From: Dimorphilus gyrociliatus
Taxonomy: Eukaryota > Animalia > Annelida
Direction of reading: 5' to 3'
NCBI GenBank assembly: GCA_904063045.1
Contig: CAJFCJ010000013.1
Coordinates: forward strand, 186,001-250,000
Length of the DNA stretch: 64,000 bases
Shown here in pieces: positions 50,395 to 64,000 of this stretch. The notes beneath the pieces are model-generated. The model did not search any database, was not told the DNA's origin, and was given only the letters and a program-made list of their open reading frames with translations. A program made the position numbers and the translations under genes. The first letter of the stretch is position 1, and the number at the start of each line of letters is the position of its first letter.

Positions 50395-50699
50395 AATACA
50401 TAAATGTATCAAATATTTAATATATTTATATGTTTATCTACCCCGAAAATGTTACAAACATACTGAATGTTTATATCTCTTTTGTTATCTGAAAAGAAGA
50501 TTAATAATAAACTATTTTTTCTATGTGAATAATGAATTTTTTTTATGTAAGAACAATTACTTTATACGTATTAGTGTAAATAGTATATTTATTTAAAAGT
50601 GCTATTACTTATTCGATATTATCTTCTCATATAAAAAATGAAGGGAGGAGGGGGGAAGGGAGAGAGAAGGAGTGAATTAATAATAAATTATCAAATAAA

Positions 50700-51873
50700 T
50701 CAATTAGCGCTTTTATTGAATAGAAGGAAATCTTTAATTGAATGCCATACATTAGAATCGTCGTATAAGTACGTCATAGAAGATTTAAGTGATGGTTGTA
50801 AAGTCGATCTATGATGTTCGAATAGCCAAAGTACTATACCCCATACAAGAGCTCCAAAAATTGGGAATGGTTCTCCTTTCGGTTTTGGAATGGCACCTTT
50901 TTCGACGGCTAATTTGGCAAGGGCGTATAATATTCTTGATAGTAGATACAAATTAATCTATAATAGAACAAAAGAAGAAGAGAATGGAATGTTTTGAATA
51001 TAAGTTGAAAATCCCCCTAGTTAATTAATACAAGTAAAGTAGCTTTGGAATAGAAATAAATCCGGTTTGATTAACGAGCGCTACTGGTAGCTCTTCAAGG
51101 ATTCATTATAATATGTAGCGTCACGCAATTAGGCTTTGAAGTTGTCCACGTAAAGTTATTAATATAATTCTAATTATTACGTTGCCATAGAACAAGCGTG
51201 TTTCTTACACGGTGGACAATCGACACTTTTGACCATAGCCTATTAATAAACCATCTACGTAATATAGAGTCTATTATTCACCTGTTCGTTGATTTTGTTG
51301 TATCTTCCAAAAACGATGTAACCGCCTATGAAAGCTGCCACAAATGAATGAAATTGATACCGATCTCCTTGTAGTTTTTCTAGTACTGACGATATACTTT
51401 TATATATGAAAACAAAGGAAGCCAAATTTTTCGAATGGGTGAAGGTTGCCTCTAGAATACCTTTCAATTGGTTCATAAGTCTATTGAGAAAGTCACGGTT
51501 CATTGGTTTAGTATCAATAAGCAGAACACCAAAGTAAAACACTTACGGTCCTCCTTTGAATAAAAATGTCATTACCAGGGCATGAGGAGCCCTAATCTTA
51601 GCTCCATATCTGTAAAAAAAATTATACTGAATCTTTAGATCTTCTCTTTATTAACAATTTCCTTAGTTGCAATTTAGAAACCTTCTATTATCGCTCAAAA
51701 GTATGTCATCTTTTGATAAGATTTGAAAACTTTTACTATTTTATAACTACTTAAATCAATTAAATTAGGATATTATCTTACACTGCTCCATTTCTGAGAC
51801 CTTTTAAGGGTGCTAAAACACTCTTATACTGTCCTGAAGAAAGAATTTGATTTATAATTTGTATTAGTGACAT
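50700..51873 (-). CDS. PXMP4: Peroxisomal membrane protein 4 (PMP24), four exons
   Basis: LKGLRNGAVYGAKIRAPHALVMTFLF, HSKNLASFVF, YLLSRILYAL and FEHHRSTLQPSLKSSMTYLYDDSNVW match PXMP4. Confidence 0.95.
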
Positions 51874-54389
51874 CCTTGAACTTCGCCTAGTGAACTCGTC
51901 GCCTGACTATTCTCGTATAAATTCGATTCGTCTCCAAACTCTTTCATTCATTTTAATTGAGAAACCTTTGGAAAACTCTCCGAAAGGTTAAATAAGTCAA
52001 TTGGTCTCTCATCGATTACTAATTCTAATGAAAGGTTATTGAAATTTATTCTTAGGCCTACTTTAAATGGTTTACCACTATTATTGTCTATTATTGTTAT
52101 ATCGTCATTACTGATTTTTTTATTGTTGTTGTTGTTGTTATTATTTGTTTTTTCTTTCGTAGTAAAATTTTAATATACTTATTCATTAATCATTGTTTTC
52201 GTACACGTAATTTGAAGTGTACAAATTTATTCGGTAGGCGGATATTTAACCAACTATCAACTTTTGTTAGGTTGAATAAATGACTTTATGTTTATTCTTT
52301 TCAAGCTTAAAAACTCTCTATCTATCTCTTTTCTAAAAACAACAAAACACTATCTGTTCGATTTACTACGTAAATATTGAATTTATTGTTGTTCTTCTCA
52401 CTTCATCAGTGATTATAGCCAACCTTTTGCATTTATAACCTTATATATCCACCAACATAATTCGTTTGCCCTATTGATCAATCAGCCTTTGTTAGTTTGC
52501 TATTAGCAAAAAAGAAATATTCTATAATCGTAACGCTGTTCATAAATTTTAATAAATTAACTTCTATTCTCAAATTTCGTTATTCGATCGACTCCCCTCT
52601 TACTCTCTTCATCTCTGATTCCAATCAGTGGACAGTCTCCAACGCATAAAATATTTAGTAGTTCTCCTAAAACTAGCCCATATTTTTTATTGAAGAGAAG
52701 AAAAAGAGCGAAATCTTCACGGGATAATGTTAAAGATATTCAACTATCGTATTCTTGTTAGTTTCTCTTGATCGATTTCAATAACTAGACTTTATACGAG
52801 TATAAAGTATAATATATCCTCTATGATTAACAAATTTATAATGATTTTTCAATGAAAGATTGATAAAGAGTCTATATTTCCTTTTATGCTCAATAAGGCT
52901 TTTCAAAATGTTACTTACTTAGTATTTATTTTGATGCTTCTAGCGCAAACTGTAGATTCACGTAATTGAATGTTCTATTTTAAGTAAAAATTATATATTT
53001 AATATTCGCATTTAAGTGAATTTATCCCATAATTTTCCACTTAAATCCTCTTTTTTTCCGTAGCTTTAACATTCTTCTAAATTAGAATATCTTCTTTTTT
53101 TAAAGATCAAATTTGTTATATGTTATCTTCTTAGATCTGGTACAGAATAATGATTCTGTAGGAGATTTCCGGTACAGTTGGCCTTTGATCTTCGTCCTCG
53201 TTCCTGTATGAGCTCCATCGGCATGATGTACTTTCATACAATAACTATAAATAGTTACCCATTCCTCTTATTCATTATTTTCAATGAACTAAAAACAAAC
53301 TCATCTAAATATTTGAGTATCACGTGATTCATTCTGCAAACATTCTATAAAATTTGCGTTCTAATTCTTTTTCTCTATTCCCAATATATTTATCATTTAG
53401 AACCTGGAATTATTGATGAAATTATTAACTCTTGAAAAGGTCAACTAACGATATTATCCTCTAAAGAATAATTCGTGTAAACTTAATAGAATTATGCAAT
53501 GTTTCAGAATAATGAGTAAGAGTTTCTTAGAAGAAATAATTGTATCGTTTGAATTATTAGAGAATGCGGAAATGAGACGCAAAATTGAAAGCTTAGAAGC
53601 TTTTCGACAACTTTACCGTGTATTATTACCATTTTCAAAATAATAATAATTTTCTAGCCATTTCATGCTTTAGGACGGAGATATGCGTCAATTCTATGCA
53701 ATAAACAGGTATGTTATTCAAACTCCTTAGATAATTATTATATAGGTGATGGGAACTTGGTCTCTAAATGAAAAATACACTCTGCTTTACTAAGATTACT
53801 GATACTGTATTTATTAAAAATTTTTGCATATATTTCGCCAAATAACGTATTTTTTCGACAACAATCAAAATATCATGTTAAAATAAGCGTCACACGACAA
53901 ATGAGTATAATCACATTGAAAACTTGAGCATAAAATCCATTAAAAGTAGACTGCTGCAAACTTAAAAAAATTTGTCTAAGCAAATGTTTCATAACCGTTA
54001 GAAAATCTTGACAAAAAAGTTTGTGTAGCTATCAAATGGTTAATATGAAACGTATATCTGTGTGCATAATTAGTCGGTCTCAAGCACTGATAAAAGAAAA
54101 ATAACAGAGCACCATCTATTTATATCAATTAGGGTAGTCAGTTTGAATTTCTCTTTTATCATTAACATCTAAAATCTGAGAATTTGTCAAAAGAAAGCAA
54201 AAACAAGTAGTACCTTGAGACCGTGAAAAAACAAAGCTGATATAATTAGACAAAAATAGTAAACCAAGTAATAATTAGCGAACACTTTCAGCATCTGCAT
54301 GTCTACGAAGTACAGATATGAAAAGGAAAAAGACTATATTAAATTTCATATTTTGTTATATATTTTACAGGCAAGTCGGGCAACGTGTC

Positions 54390-57300
54390 TCAAAAAGTTT
54401 GCGAATCATTCAGTGGACAATCTTCTGTGTTATGATTATCGAATTCTGTTGTGGAAATGCAAAAAGCAATAATAAATAGATAGAGTTGTGCAATTTCATT
54501 TTTTGACAAACCTTCGCAAATGTCACAATATAACCTTGCTCTGCGTTTTATTGTAATAGGATCTTGTTCTAAAGGATCGTCAGATTCACTATGTACGACA
54601 AATAGAACAAATAAATGATGGTAATTCCATATTCTGGACAGAAATTATTAGTAATGAAGGCAAAAAAGAGACTTACTCTCCAGTTTTTAAGATGTCAATT
54701 TGCCTTTGTAATTCAAGTATCTGTTTTTGTTGATCTGCAATTATTGTCTTTTGGAAATCCAGTTCGGCCTTAACCTAAATTAATAAATAAATATACTTAT
54801 AACTATTTAACAGAGAAGCTTCTAAAAATTTGTACCTGTGAGCTATTATCGTTCCTATCTCTTTCCTTAGCAGGTGAACCTGGAAGTGAAAAAAAAAATA
54901 TTCTATTACACTATTGTTCGATAATTTACAAAAAACTTTTTTTTGCTTACTTCTATTTCTATGGGATTTTAATTCCTCCGCTTGCTGAGCTATCTATTAA
55001 CATAAGAGATACTTGAAATAAAACAGTTGATTTTTTTATTGTTCAATAAATTTGACCTTAGACTCGAAATCTTGTTTTAGTACAGCTTTCTCGTTCTTTA
55101 TTTTTTCCAGCTCAGAAGTAATCTAAAAGTTTAAAAGAGAGTTATGTAAATATTTCGAGATCAAACTAAAATATATATATTTACCTGAGTTACTCGTCGG
55201 TGGAGGTCTTCTTTCAACTCAAAGTTCAAGTCACTGGTCGCTCTACGTATGGGAAAAATGATCGATTAAAAATTTCGATGTTTAAAACTTTTTTTATTAT
55301 GTGTCGTCCACTTACTGTAGGCGAGCTTTTTCCCCAGATAACAAATCAATTTGATTAGATTGCTCGACTGTCTATACACAATAAACATTTAATTATTAAC
55401 TATCACTCTCAAAGTGTAGCACTTACTTTTTTACGCAGTTCCTCTATTTGAGAATTATTGCCCTAAAAGATATAAAAAAAAGAGAAACAATACCACTATT
55501 AGTAAAATACTCTGCAAGTATTGAAATATTACATTACCGATACATTAGTAGTGTGTTTAGTTAAATCTTCTATTTGTTTCTGCAGGTTTATTAATAACTC
55601 ATCTTTTTCAAACACTTCACTCTCTAGCTCATGGCACTTTTTCAGCTGAAAATTATGTTTGAAAATATTGACCGACAAAGTTAAGTGTTAAAGCTAATAC
55701 CAAATCATCGATTTGCTGAGTGGCACCGGGATTCAAAATATCCGATGAGGTTGCTTGCCCTTCGTTTCTGAGCCTAGATTTGGTGTCGGAAAAATTAAAT
55801 TAAGTTTCTAAACAGTATTCGAATATGGTAATTAGAGCTATTGTCAATTAATTTCGTGCAATACGCCAATGGGTAAATCATGCAATGAAGATAGATAGAT
55901 AGACTATAAAGAACTACTTTTAAGGTAACAATTAAAACGGGTCAACTTAAATTTATGCAAAACGGTTATCATAGTCCTAATTGCATAAATAATCATAGAT
56001 AGTAGATTAATATCTATTAATACTAGCTGAGCTTGGTAAATTATTTTATCAATAGAAAATTGGTAACTACTATTGAAATTGGGTAAGAGCAAGATAGTTA
56101 AATGTTATCTGCATCAGACTAAACTGTTAGTGAGTTTTAAACACTAAAATATATAAAATAAAATTAATCATTTCAGGTTTAATTGATTTAACAAATTAAA
56201 TTAGGATCAAATTTTCAACCAATTTAGTTTCTGTCAAAAAGACGAACCTGTCACTATCCTGCTTGACAGAGGATGATTCAGAACTGGCAGCTTTTCTTAG
56301 ATCTTCCATCATTGCCCGCTTTAGTTATGAAATAATAAATCAAATCTAAACACCAAAACTAGATAGTCAAGACAATAAAACTAATTTCAAAATAGAGTTA
56401 TTATATAACAATTAACATTAGATTTATGTATTGACCAATAGTGCCAAAATACTTACATGCAATAGATTGAAAGTAGAGTAAATAATACACCAAAGAAGAC
56501 AATATAAATTTACTTACTAGGTTCGTAACTTCAGCATCCCTTTCCTGTTTTTCGGTAGAGACTATAGCCAATTTTTGCTTTAAATCTGAATATACAAATA
56601 ATATCAAACATTATTATTCTTTTAAAAAGAAAGCTCTCCTTAAATTTTTAATGATAAACCTGCTATTTCCGTTTTAAGGTCTTTTATAGTGCATTCTAAA
56701 TTATCATTTGCGTGAGCTTTCAAAGCATCATTTTTCATTAATTCTAAGTATCAAAGATATAAGTAAGCATTTACAAAGACAATAATTGCATTAACTACCG
56801 TTTAAATGTGTCTGAACATTTGTATAACGTTTTTCTAGTTGGTTATAAGCTTCTTCTTGCTGACCCACTTGTATTTGCATATCATTAACGGCTTCGTCAT
56901 GTTTGAAAATCAGATTATCCATATTCTCCTTCAACTTAATTATCTCATCTTCCAAATTGTATTTATTTTTCTTTTCTAGATCTAAAGTTTGTTCCAAATC
57001 CTGAACTTTAGTCTCCAGAGATGATTTTTCCTGTAGTTCTTTCTTAAGACTGTCTTTCAGTTGGTCAACTTTCCCATTAATTTTATCCTTAAAAAAGAAA
57101 ACAAACACCGATGTATTTACAGACAATATAAATTCAAAATCTCTGAAAACCTCTGAGTTTTCTTTATCAGTAAGCAAATTGTTGATTTTAGATTCATTGT
57201 CTCGTTTTAGCTGCTGTAATAATTGTATTTCTTGATCTTTACATTTGGAGACCTATTTAAAAATTAAGTAAAATTATTAATTTCCTTTTTGTAAGTCAAT

Positions 57301-60300
57301 TTCCTCACATTTTCCAAGTCCAGTAGTTTCTGTTCCAAAGATTTTATTAAATCTTCTTTTTCGGATTTGCAGTCTTCAAACTGTTTGGCTGTGCTGGCTT
57401 TTGAATGTTTCAATTCTTGAATCGTATTCTAAAAATTATCACAAAGTTTAAATATAAACTACAATTCTTTATTAATTATGGAAACCTCTAAAGTGGAAAT
57501 TTTCTCCTCCAAATCGTTTCTGAATCCATTTTCCTTTTTCACAGATTCCTGTTTGACTGACTTAAGTTTTCCATCTATGTATTCCTTTTTAAATTATAGT
57601 ACAAAACATTATTAATACAGTCTCTAAATAAATAAATAATATATTTTTTACTTGGACAGCCAATCGAAAAGATTCAACCTGAAAAATATAAAAATATATT
57701 TGTCCAGTAGTCAGAAATATTTACTGAATGTCTAATATAATTACCTCTGCTTCGTCAGTTTTAAAAGATAAAGAAAAGAAATAATCCAAATTCTCAATAT
57801 ATTCCTTCAAACTAACAGCTTTCAATCTCTAGAAAAGGATTAATGCTTTGAATTTCGTATTACTATTCACGTGGATTAATAAACAAACCCTGTTCAGTTG
57901 GCTTATTTGCTTTTCAGCTTCAGTTAATTCCGAAATAGTTCTGTCTTTCTCCGCAATAGTGTCTTTCAATTTTTTATCATATTGTTCTTTATCCTATTGA
58001 AAGAAAAAAACAATTAAAAATTATTCTTGACATAATAATTTCATTATATAACAATACTTACTGCACTCAGTGTATTCTTTAGTTGCCTTATTTCTCTCAT
58101 AACATTTTCCTTCTCCGATATAATTTCCTTCATACGTTCCCCATCCGAGCTCAAGTTCTTGGAAAATATCAATAATTATTAAATGCTATTACAAATGGCA
58201 AAAATTAAAACCTTTTCATAATTTTCTACTCTTTTAGTCATATTGCCTAGATCGTCGGCGATGTTTTGTTTTTCCAAAACTAATTGTTTTATACGCTTTT
58301 CCTGTTCTTCCTCCAGCTATGAATTTGTAATGGTTAGCTCTTAATTACTCCATTGAAAACAAAGTAAAAATGTACATACTGATTTAAGTTTGTTATTGCT
58401 TTTTAATAAGTCTTGTTTAAGATTTTCATTTTCAAAATGTGAATTTTTGAGGTCAACCTCAATAGATTCTTTTTGCTAAATAACAGTGTTTTTTTTACAT
58501 TCTATCTGTTGAAAAGATTTATGACCTACTGTTGTTAATTTTTTCTCCAGTGCAAGCAATTCTTGTTTAAGATTTTCATTTTCAGAAAGAGTTTGTTGTC
58601 GACTCTCTACTGCAACCTCTTTATCCTACAAAGGTATATGTATAACTTTCTATAATGCATTTTATATCTACGAATATTACCTTTTTCAAGCTATTTTCCA
58701 GTTCGAGTAGTTGACGTTTAAGAATTTCATTTTCGGATAAAGCGTTTTGCAAACTTTCTTCAACGGCTTGCCTTTGCTGTTTTTAATTATACACTCTAGA
58801 TTGATAGTACTATTTCAACTAAAAAAAACTATGTTATTTACCGATTCAACTAACTGCTTCATGTCATTTATTTCGTACAGTACTTTTTCTTTTTCAGCCA
58901 CTGCGTTCTGTAGCAGCTCTTCTTTTGCTTTTTGATCCTTTTAGCGAAATATAAATAAATTACAATTCTTTAATCACTTAATAATAAATTTTTAAAAAAT
59001 TTTACTTCTTTCAATATTCCAATTTCATCCATAAGATCTTTCACGTTGTTAGCAGCTGTTTGCTTTTCTAATTGTTCTTTCCGTACAGAATCACTAATAG
59101 ATTTCTGATTCTTTTAAAGCAACAGATTAAATTAGCAATGCCAAAAAATTGAACATAACAGATTACTTACCTCTTCCAGGAGTGATATTTTATCCAAATA
59201 TTCTTTTTCAGCTGTATTTTTCTCTTCAAGAAATTCCTTAAGCTTTTTATTTTCATTATCTTTTTCCTATAATTGAACAAGTCAAAATAGAAATATTTCT
59301 TCTCGAAATAAGTAAACCTACAATCTTCAGGGAAGATAATTCAGTCTCAAGTCTTAAAACTTTTTCCATTGCAGCCTCCCGTTCAAAAATTGACTCCTTG
59401 AAACTTTCGTCTCTCTGCTTCTTGTCCTAAGAAAACACTTAATGAAACACAGTTAAAAGTATAAACTTCTTTCGCTTACTAATTCCATGTAAGCCAATTT
59501 TTGTTTAATTTCCATCATTTCAGTTAAAGCAATCTCTTTAGTTTTGTTATATTCTTCACATTTCGTTTGTGCCTCCTCAAGTTGCTTCAACAATTCCTTA
59601 TTATCTTTCTGTTATATTAAAAATTTTATTAAATATTTAAAATTTGTACAACGGGAAAACTACCGTTTCTATGATATTTCCCCTCTTAATCTCATTTAGC
59701 TCTTTTAAAGCTGCATCTTTTTCGTTAAGTAATTGGATATAACGTTGATCTTCTTCAATTTTCTTACTCTGTAAGGTAATTTCATTTCTAACATGCTTTT
59801 CATTAGTTATTTTTCATTTACCTGTAATTCTTCTTTCTCGATCGTTCCCTCCTCCTTTGCAAATTCCAATTCTTCAACTTTTCTATTATGACATTACATT
59901 ACAGTAATAATTTATAATAACTATTGCAATAACTATTGCAGATAGGGTATTTACCTTCTTTCGTCGTCTAACTGATCTGTCATTGCCAACAGATCATTTT
60001 CTAATTTTTGAAGTGTTTGTTTTAATTCCATGTTCTCATCGTGTATTATATTAAATTCTTTTTTTAAGTCTTGTACATAGCATTCAGCCTGAAGAGAGTT
60101 GGTTAAGTATCAAATAGTTTTTGTAGTATATATATGCATGTATGTATGTATGTATGTTTATACCTCATCCTGTTTATTATAAGCAGAAGCGATCTCAGCT
60201 CTATCGTCATCTCTCTCTTTTAATAACTGGGTGATGTGTTGCTCTTTTTCTTTAATAGCTTTTTGTAATGTTGTAACTGATACAGAATTCATTGATGGTC

Positions 60301-62070
60301 TTGAATTGGTCTTCTTCGTCTAGATATGTTCGATTAAAAGATCACTATTAATATCAAGAATATTTTAATTGCCCTAGATGCAAGCAATTTACAAATAAAA
60401 ATAATATTCAATTTACAATATTAATGCTAAACTACAAAATTGGCATGCTTGAAATGATGAAAAAAATGAAATATTATCTATATTAAATAACTCAGATAGA
60501 TAATGTGAACATTCCGTAATTTAAATTATTACCAGCTTTTAACAAATACAAAAAAATATAATAAAATACACAAAAGAAAGATATAAAGCAAAAGTTGCTC
60601 AAAATTGATTGTTAAAGACTTTCATTCATTTTTTTTCATTTAGATATTGCAGATTTTACTTAGAAAAGTTCTCTCTCAAATGAAATACTGTCAAGTTTGT
60701 TTTAAATTGTTAACTTTGGACAATTTGTAAATAAACCTTTTGAATTTGATTAATTGCTGAAATGGTATTTTTTCTGGTAAAGTGTAAGAAAAAGAAAAGA
60801 AAAGAAAAATAAATGACATCACACCTGAATAGCACCAACACCCAATCTTACCCTAGATCGGGACACACTGGAACAAACCGATGAACCGATAGAGGATATA
60901 CTCTCCATACTTCCTGACAGATCTCGAGACATTTTTCTTCCTCCATACGGCATTATTGGAGTTTTTCTGGATTGCATGGGTGGTTCTTTCATAACATTTC
61001 CTGGTTTTGCAAATAGTCCATGATCTGGTTCGCACATGAAATATCTGAGGAAAAACAACACGATTATTTTTTTAAAACTTTTATTAAAAATATTATTACC
61101 TTTGTCCTTTCACTACTCCATTGTTTTTTCCTAACGGTTGATCCAATTCCACGCCTATCCAAGTTCCATCAGAAAATTGAGTGAGGCCAATGAAACGAAC
61201 TGTTCCATGTTTTGTTCCAGAAACAATAACTCGATCTCCTATACCATAGTCTAATGAGGACGGCGGGGCGGGAAGCACTGAATCCGTGGGTGTGGTTTTC
61301 TCTAAGGGTGGTGTGGCACTACTTGAACTGAGACTAGAAATGGGTTTCGAGTTTGCATTAAACTCTTGACTAGGAAGCTTCCTCACCCTGTCGGCTCTAA
61401 CAAAAGTTCCTCTGTTTGGATCACACTATTCGGAGATTGAATTAGATAATATTATATTGTATCATGAGAATTCGTGTATATGTATATTTACTTGAAAATA
61501 TCGAATACCATTATACATTCCATCATGATTTCCATAACATTCATCTAAAACTAGTCCAACTAAGAGACCTTTTGCAAAGCTAGTCTCGCCAATATAAGCG
61601 ATTTGTCCTTTTTTTCCTTTAGTAGTGATAACACGATCTCCAACCTTTAAATCTTCAAAAGAGTTATCAGAAAAATCCGGTACTTGCGCTTGTGGATCTG
61701 CAATTGCAGGTTCTTTAAATTTTGCGATTGTAAATACATGATAAAAAAAATACAGCAACATAATCGTATTAATTCTATGAAATAACAAACCAGGCAAACT
61801 TTCTAAGACGTCATTCTCATACTTTGCCAATAGTTTATTTGGTACGCCTGCGGCTCTAACACTCTTCTCAAAAGCGCCTGCATTCAAGACATACGAAATA
61901 AGAATATGCGAAATAAGTAGGTTTATTATCGGAAATTGTCGATACAATATAAATTAACTGTAAATCAACAGTTGGTAATGAATTTAAGGGGAAAGTACAT
62001 TACCTTGTGCCTTAACTGGTCGGGCTAATTTGGAACCTGGCCCGGGTAATTTCGAATTTCTCTGACTCAT
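54390..62070 (-). CDS. CLIP1: CAP-Gly domain linker protein (CLIP-170/CLIP-190-like), many exons
   Basis: Two N-terminal CAP-Gly domains, a Ser-rich linker, a long coiled coil and a C-terminal zinc knuckle YCDICE|[11 protein letters not shown], ending DSQTF-stop at 54390. Confidence 0.88.
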
Positions 62071-62871
62071 TTATTTTAAAATTCTGCTCCTCCCTGAAAC
62101 AAACAATATTATAAATATATTGTGTCGAAACTTGAATAAATATTGCGTAGGTCATATAAATAAAAGGCTTAATAGGGTCTGCAAATCATTACTAAAAACA
62201 GATCATTAAAAAACTTGCGATTCAAATGAAAATCAGCATGGGGGAAAGTTGATCATCATAATGTCACAAAGCATCTTTGAACAATGAAGCGTGTCTGCAC
62301 GTACAAAATCAATAATATACACTTGTACGATGACTCACAACTTGTACATTTTCTAGGGAACTTTGATGTTCTTTTTGAAAACGACATATAATCTAACAGT
62401 ACTATATAGTCTTTAGCTTTCGATCAACTACAGATATAATAGGAAATCAAATTATCTTACCGTAGGGATATTAAAAACAATATATTAAACGAGGTAAAAT
62501 GTTAAAAGAGACGCTTAAAATGCAGACAGCGTTCAAACATGAGAACAATCAATATGGCGATATTAGAATGATTCTAAGTCTTGCGTAAAATATACCACTC
62601 AATTCTGTACGTTCATTTTCCTTGAGACTTTTTAAAATAATAAAATATTTTTTATTTGCTTATTGATATTTTAAAAAATAAATTATTCTATACTTTCAAC
62701 TGAAACAATTTTTTTCATCCAGTGTACATCTATTTTGAAAGTAAGTAACAAACATCCGGTCACATGATTTGGAAGTGGAAAGTTGTCTGCTCCACCGTTG
62801 TCGCCATATACGTTCTCGCCCCGTAATAGCTTCATTCACAACTGGCAATGATTTAAAAATACGCAGGGAAG

Positions 62872-64000
62872 ATGTGGATCAAACCGTCCTTTACCAGCCA
62901 TAGTTCCCTTACATTATGGTAAGCATCTCATTTTTTTCTGAAAAAGTACTTGCCCTAAATAAAGTACAAGTAACTTATTGAATCAGCTGTTCGTCAAAAA
63001 ATTTGCACAGCATTCTCGAAAGTTAGTTGTATAAATTATTTGTTTTTTTACAGGGCTGTGGAACGAGCCAATCCTTATTTTCAGCTTCAAAGAAGAAAGG
63101 GTGTAGGTAAGGGGCAAGGATTGAGTGGTTTGTTCGTAGGAACTTTCGACTCTGTTTTTGACTCAAAGGTGAATTATTTATTTAATACTAAATACTAGGT
63201 GACGATTAGAATGAAAATAGACTGAGACATTGTGCTTTTATACCCGTATAATTGCTAATTAAAGCGATACATATACTGTATATATGGAGAATAGCTAAAT
63301 ATCATAGTCTTTTGTAATTTAATTTTTTACTAATGTTCTTTGTATGCATATATAGGCACCATCATATCGCATAGTGCGTACTCCTGAGGCCAGTAATAAA
63401 GTCATGAGTAAATATTTTAATTAAATATAAGTTTTTACCTAACTAATTCATCTCTATTTTTTTAAGCCATTTCACTCGCTTGGGATAAAGATGAAGCCTA
63501 TAGTGATTTTGAATGGCTTGAAAAACACCTATTGCCTACAATTGGTATGTTTGGATTGTTTCTTTTTATATTATCAATTTATTCATTCGGAATCATATTT
63601 TATTCCATTAAGCCACAATTATTTTGGAAAAGGACGAAGACGTAGCTCAATTTATACAATGTAAAATTGAGAGTATTATTGCTAACTCTCCGACTCAAAC
63701 ACGTCTAGAAGATCCCGACAACTTTACACGCTCAGAATTAAAATTTTTCAAACTGTTCAACATGCCCGATGAAGAGAGATTAGTCATCTGTAAGCGATAA
63801 AAATTTATTGAATAATTATATATTATTCATAAATGTTATGTGTTACAGATTATTCCTGCAGTTATTGGAAGAATAAAATACCTAGACAAGGAAAACTGTA
63901 TCTTAGCATAAATTATTTATGCTTTCATTCATTCTTTATTGGTATAGAGACAAAATTAGTTATACGTTGGACAGACGTTGTAGTATGTATTTTAATCATT
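62872..64000 (+). CDS. TBC1D9: TBC1D8/TBC1D9-family GRAM/Rab-GAP protein, 5' part (runs off the window)
   Basis: MWIKP...[18 protein letters not shown]...[37 protein letters not shown]...[21 protein letters not shown]1D8 cannot be excluded. Confidence 0.88.

Noticed and set aside
18685-53181. 16-nt exact match tttccggtacagttgg near 18685 and 53166
   Set aside because: One such match is plausible by chance in 64 kb, and the flanks do not align.
53160-53240. Kinase-like fragment EDQRPTVPEI on the minus strand
   Set aside because: No other kinase subdomains occur in the right order, and the frame is short and closed by stops.
1-64000. tRNA, rRNA, snRNA, miRNA, CRISPR arrays and intact transposase or RT ORFs
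   Set aside because: None were recognisable by eye. A covariance-model scan (tRNAscan-SE, Infernal/Rfam) would be needed to exclude small ncRNAs.

Overview
AT-rich, gene-dense animal genomic DNA with many short GT-AG introns (about 50-65 nt) and abundant microsatellites. The style suggests a compact lophotrochozoan genome such as a miniaturised annelid; this is inference and the species cannot be confirmed from sequence alone. I found about 22 protein-coding loci. In order: the CUX/cut homeodomain exon plus CASP-specific exons, two intronless PTB-like genes, an orphan, a DENN-domain gene, TP53I11, an EXD1-like pseudo-exonuclease, a small secreted peptide precursor missed by the ORF track, a KIF15-like kinesin, an UNC-93/MFS-like membrane protein, Ku70, a divergent beta-tubulin, a cyclin, a DEG/ENaC channel, PTER, a Kv3-like channel, a small hypothetical gene, PXMP4, a CLIP-170-like gene and the 5' part of TBC1D8/9. 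I recognised no rRNA, tRNA, CRISPR array or intact transposon. The best second-look items are: (1) a two-exon prepro-neuropeptide predicted to give a 4-Cys, Pro-amidated 42-mer; (2) a 192-nt Gly/Pro exon after a furin site in the DEG/ENaC, whose antisense strand reads as 15 perfect collagen Gly-X-Y triplets; (3) a dispersed ATAC(A/T)GTAT motif in TA repeats that matches Tc1/mariner excision footprints. All exon models were built by hand and not checked against databases.
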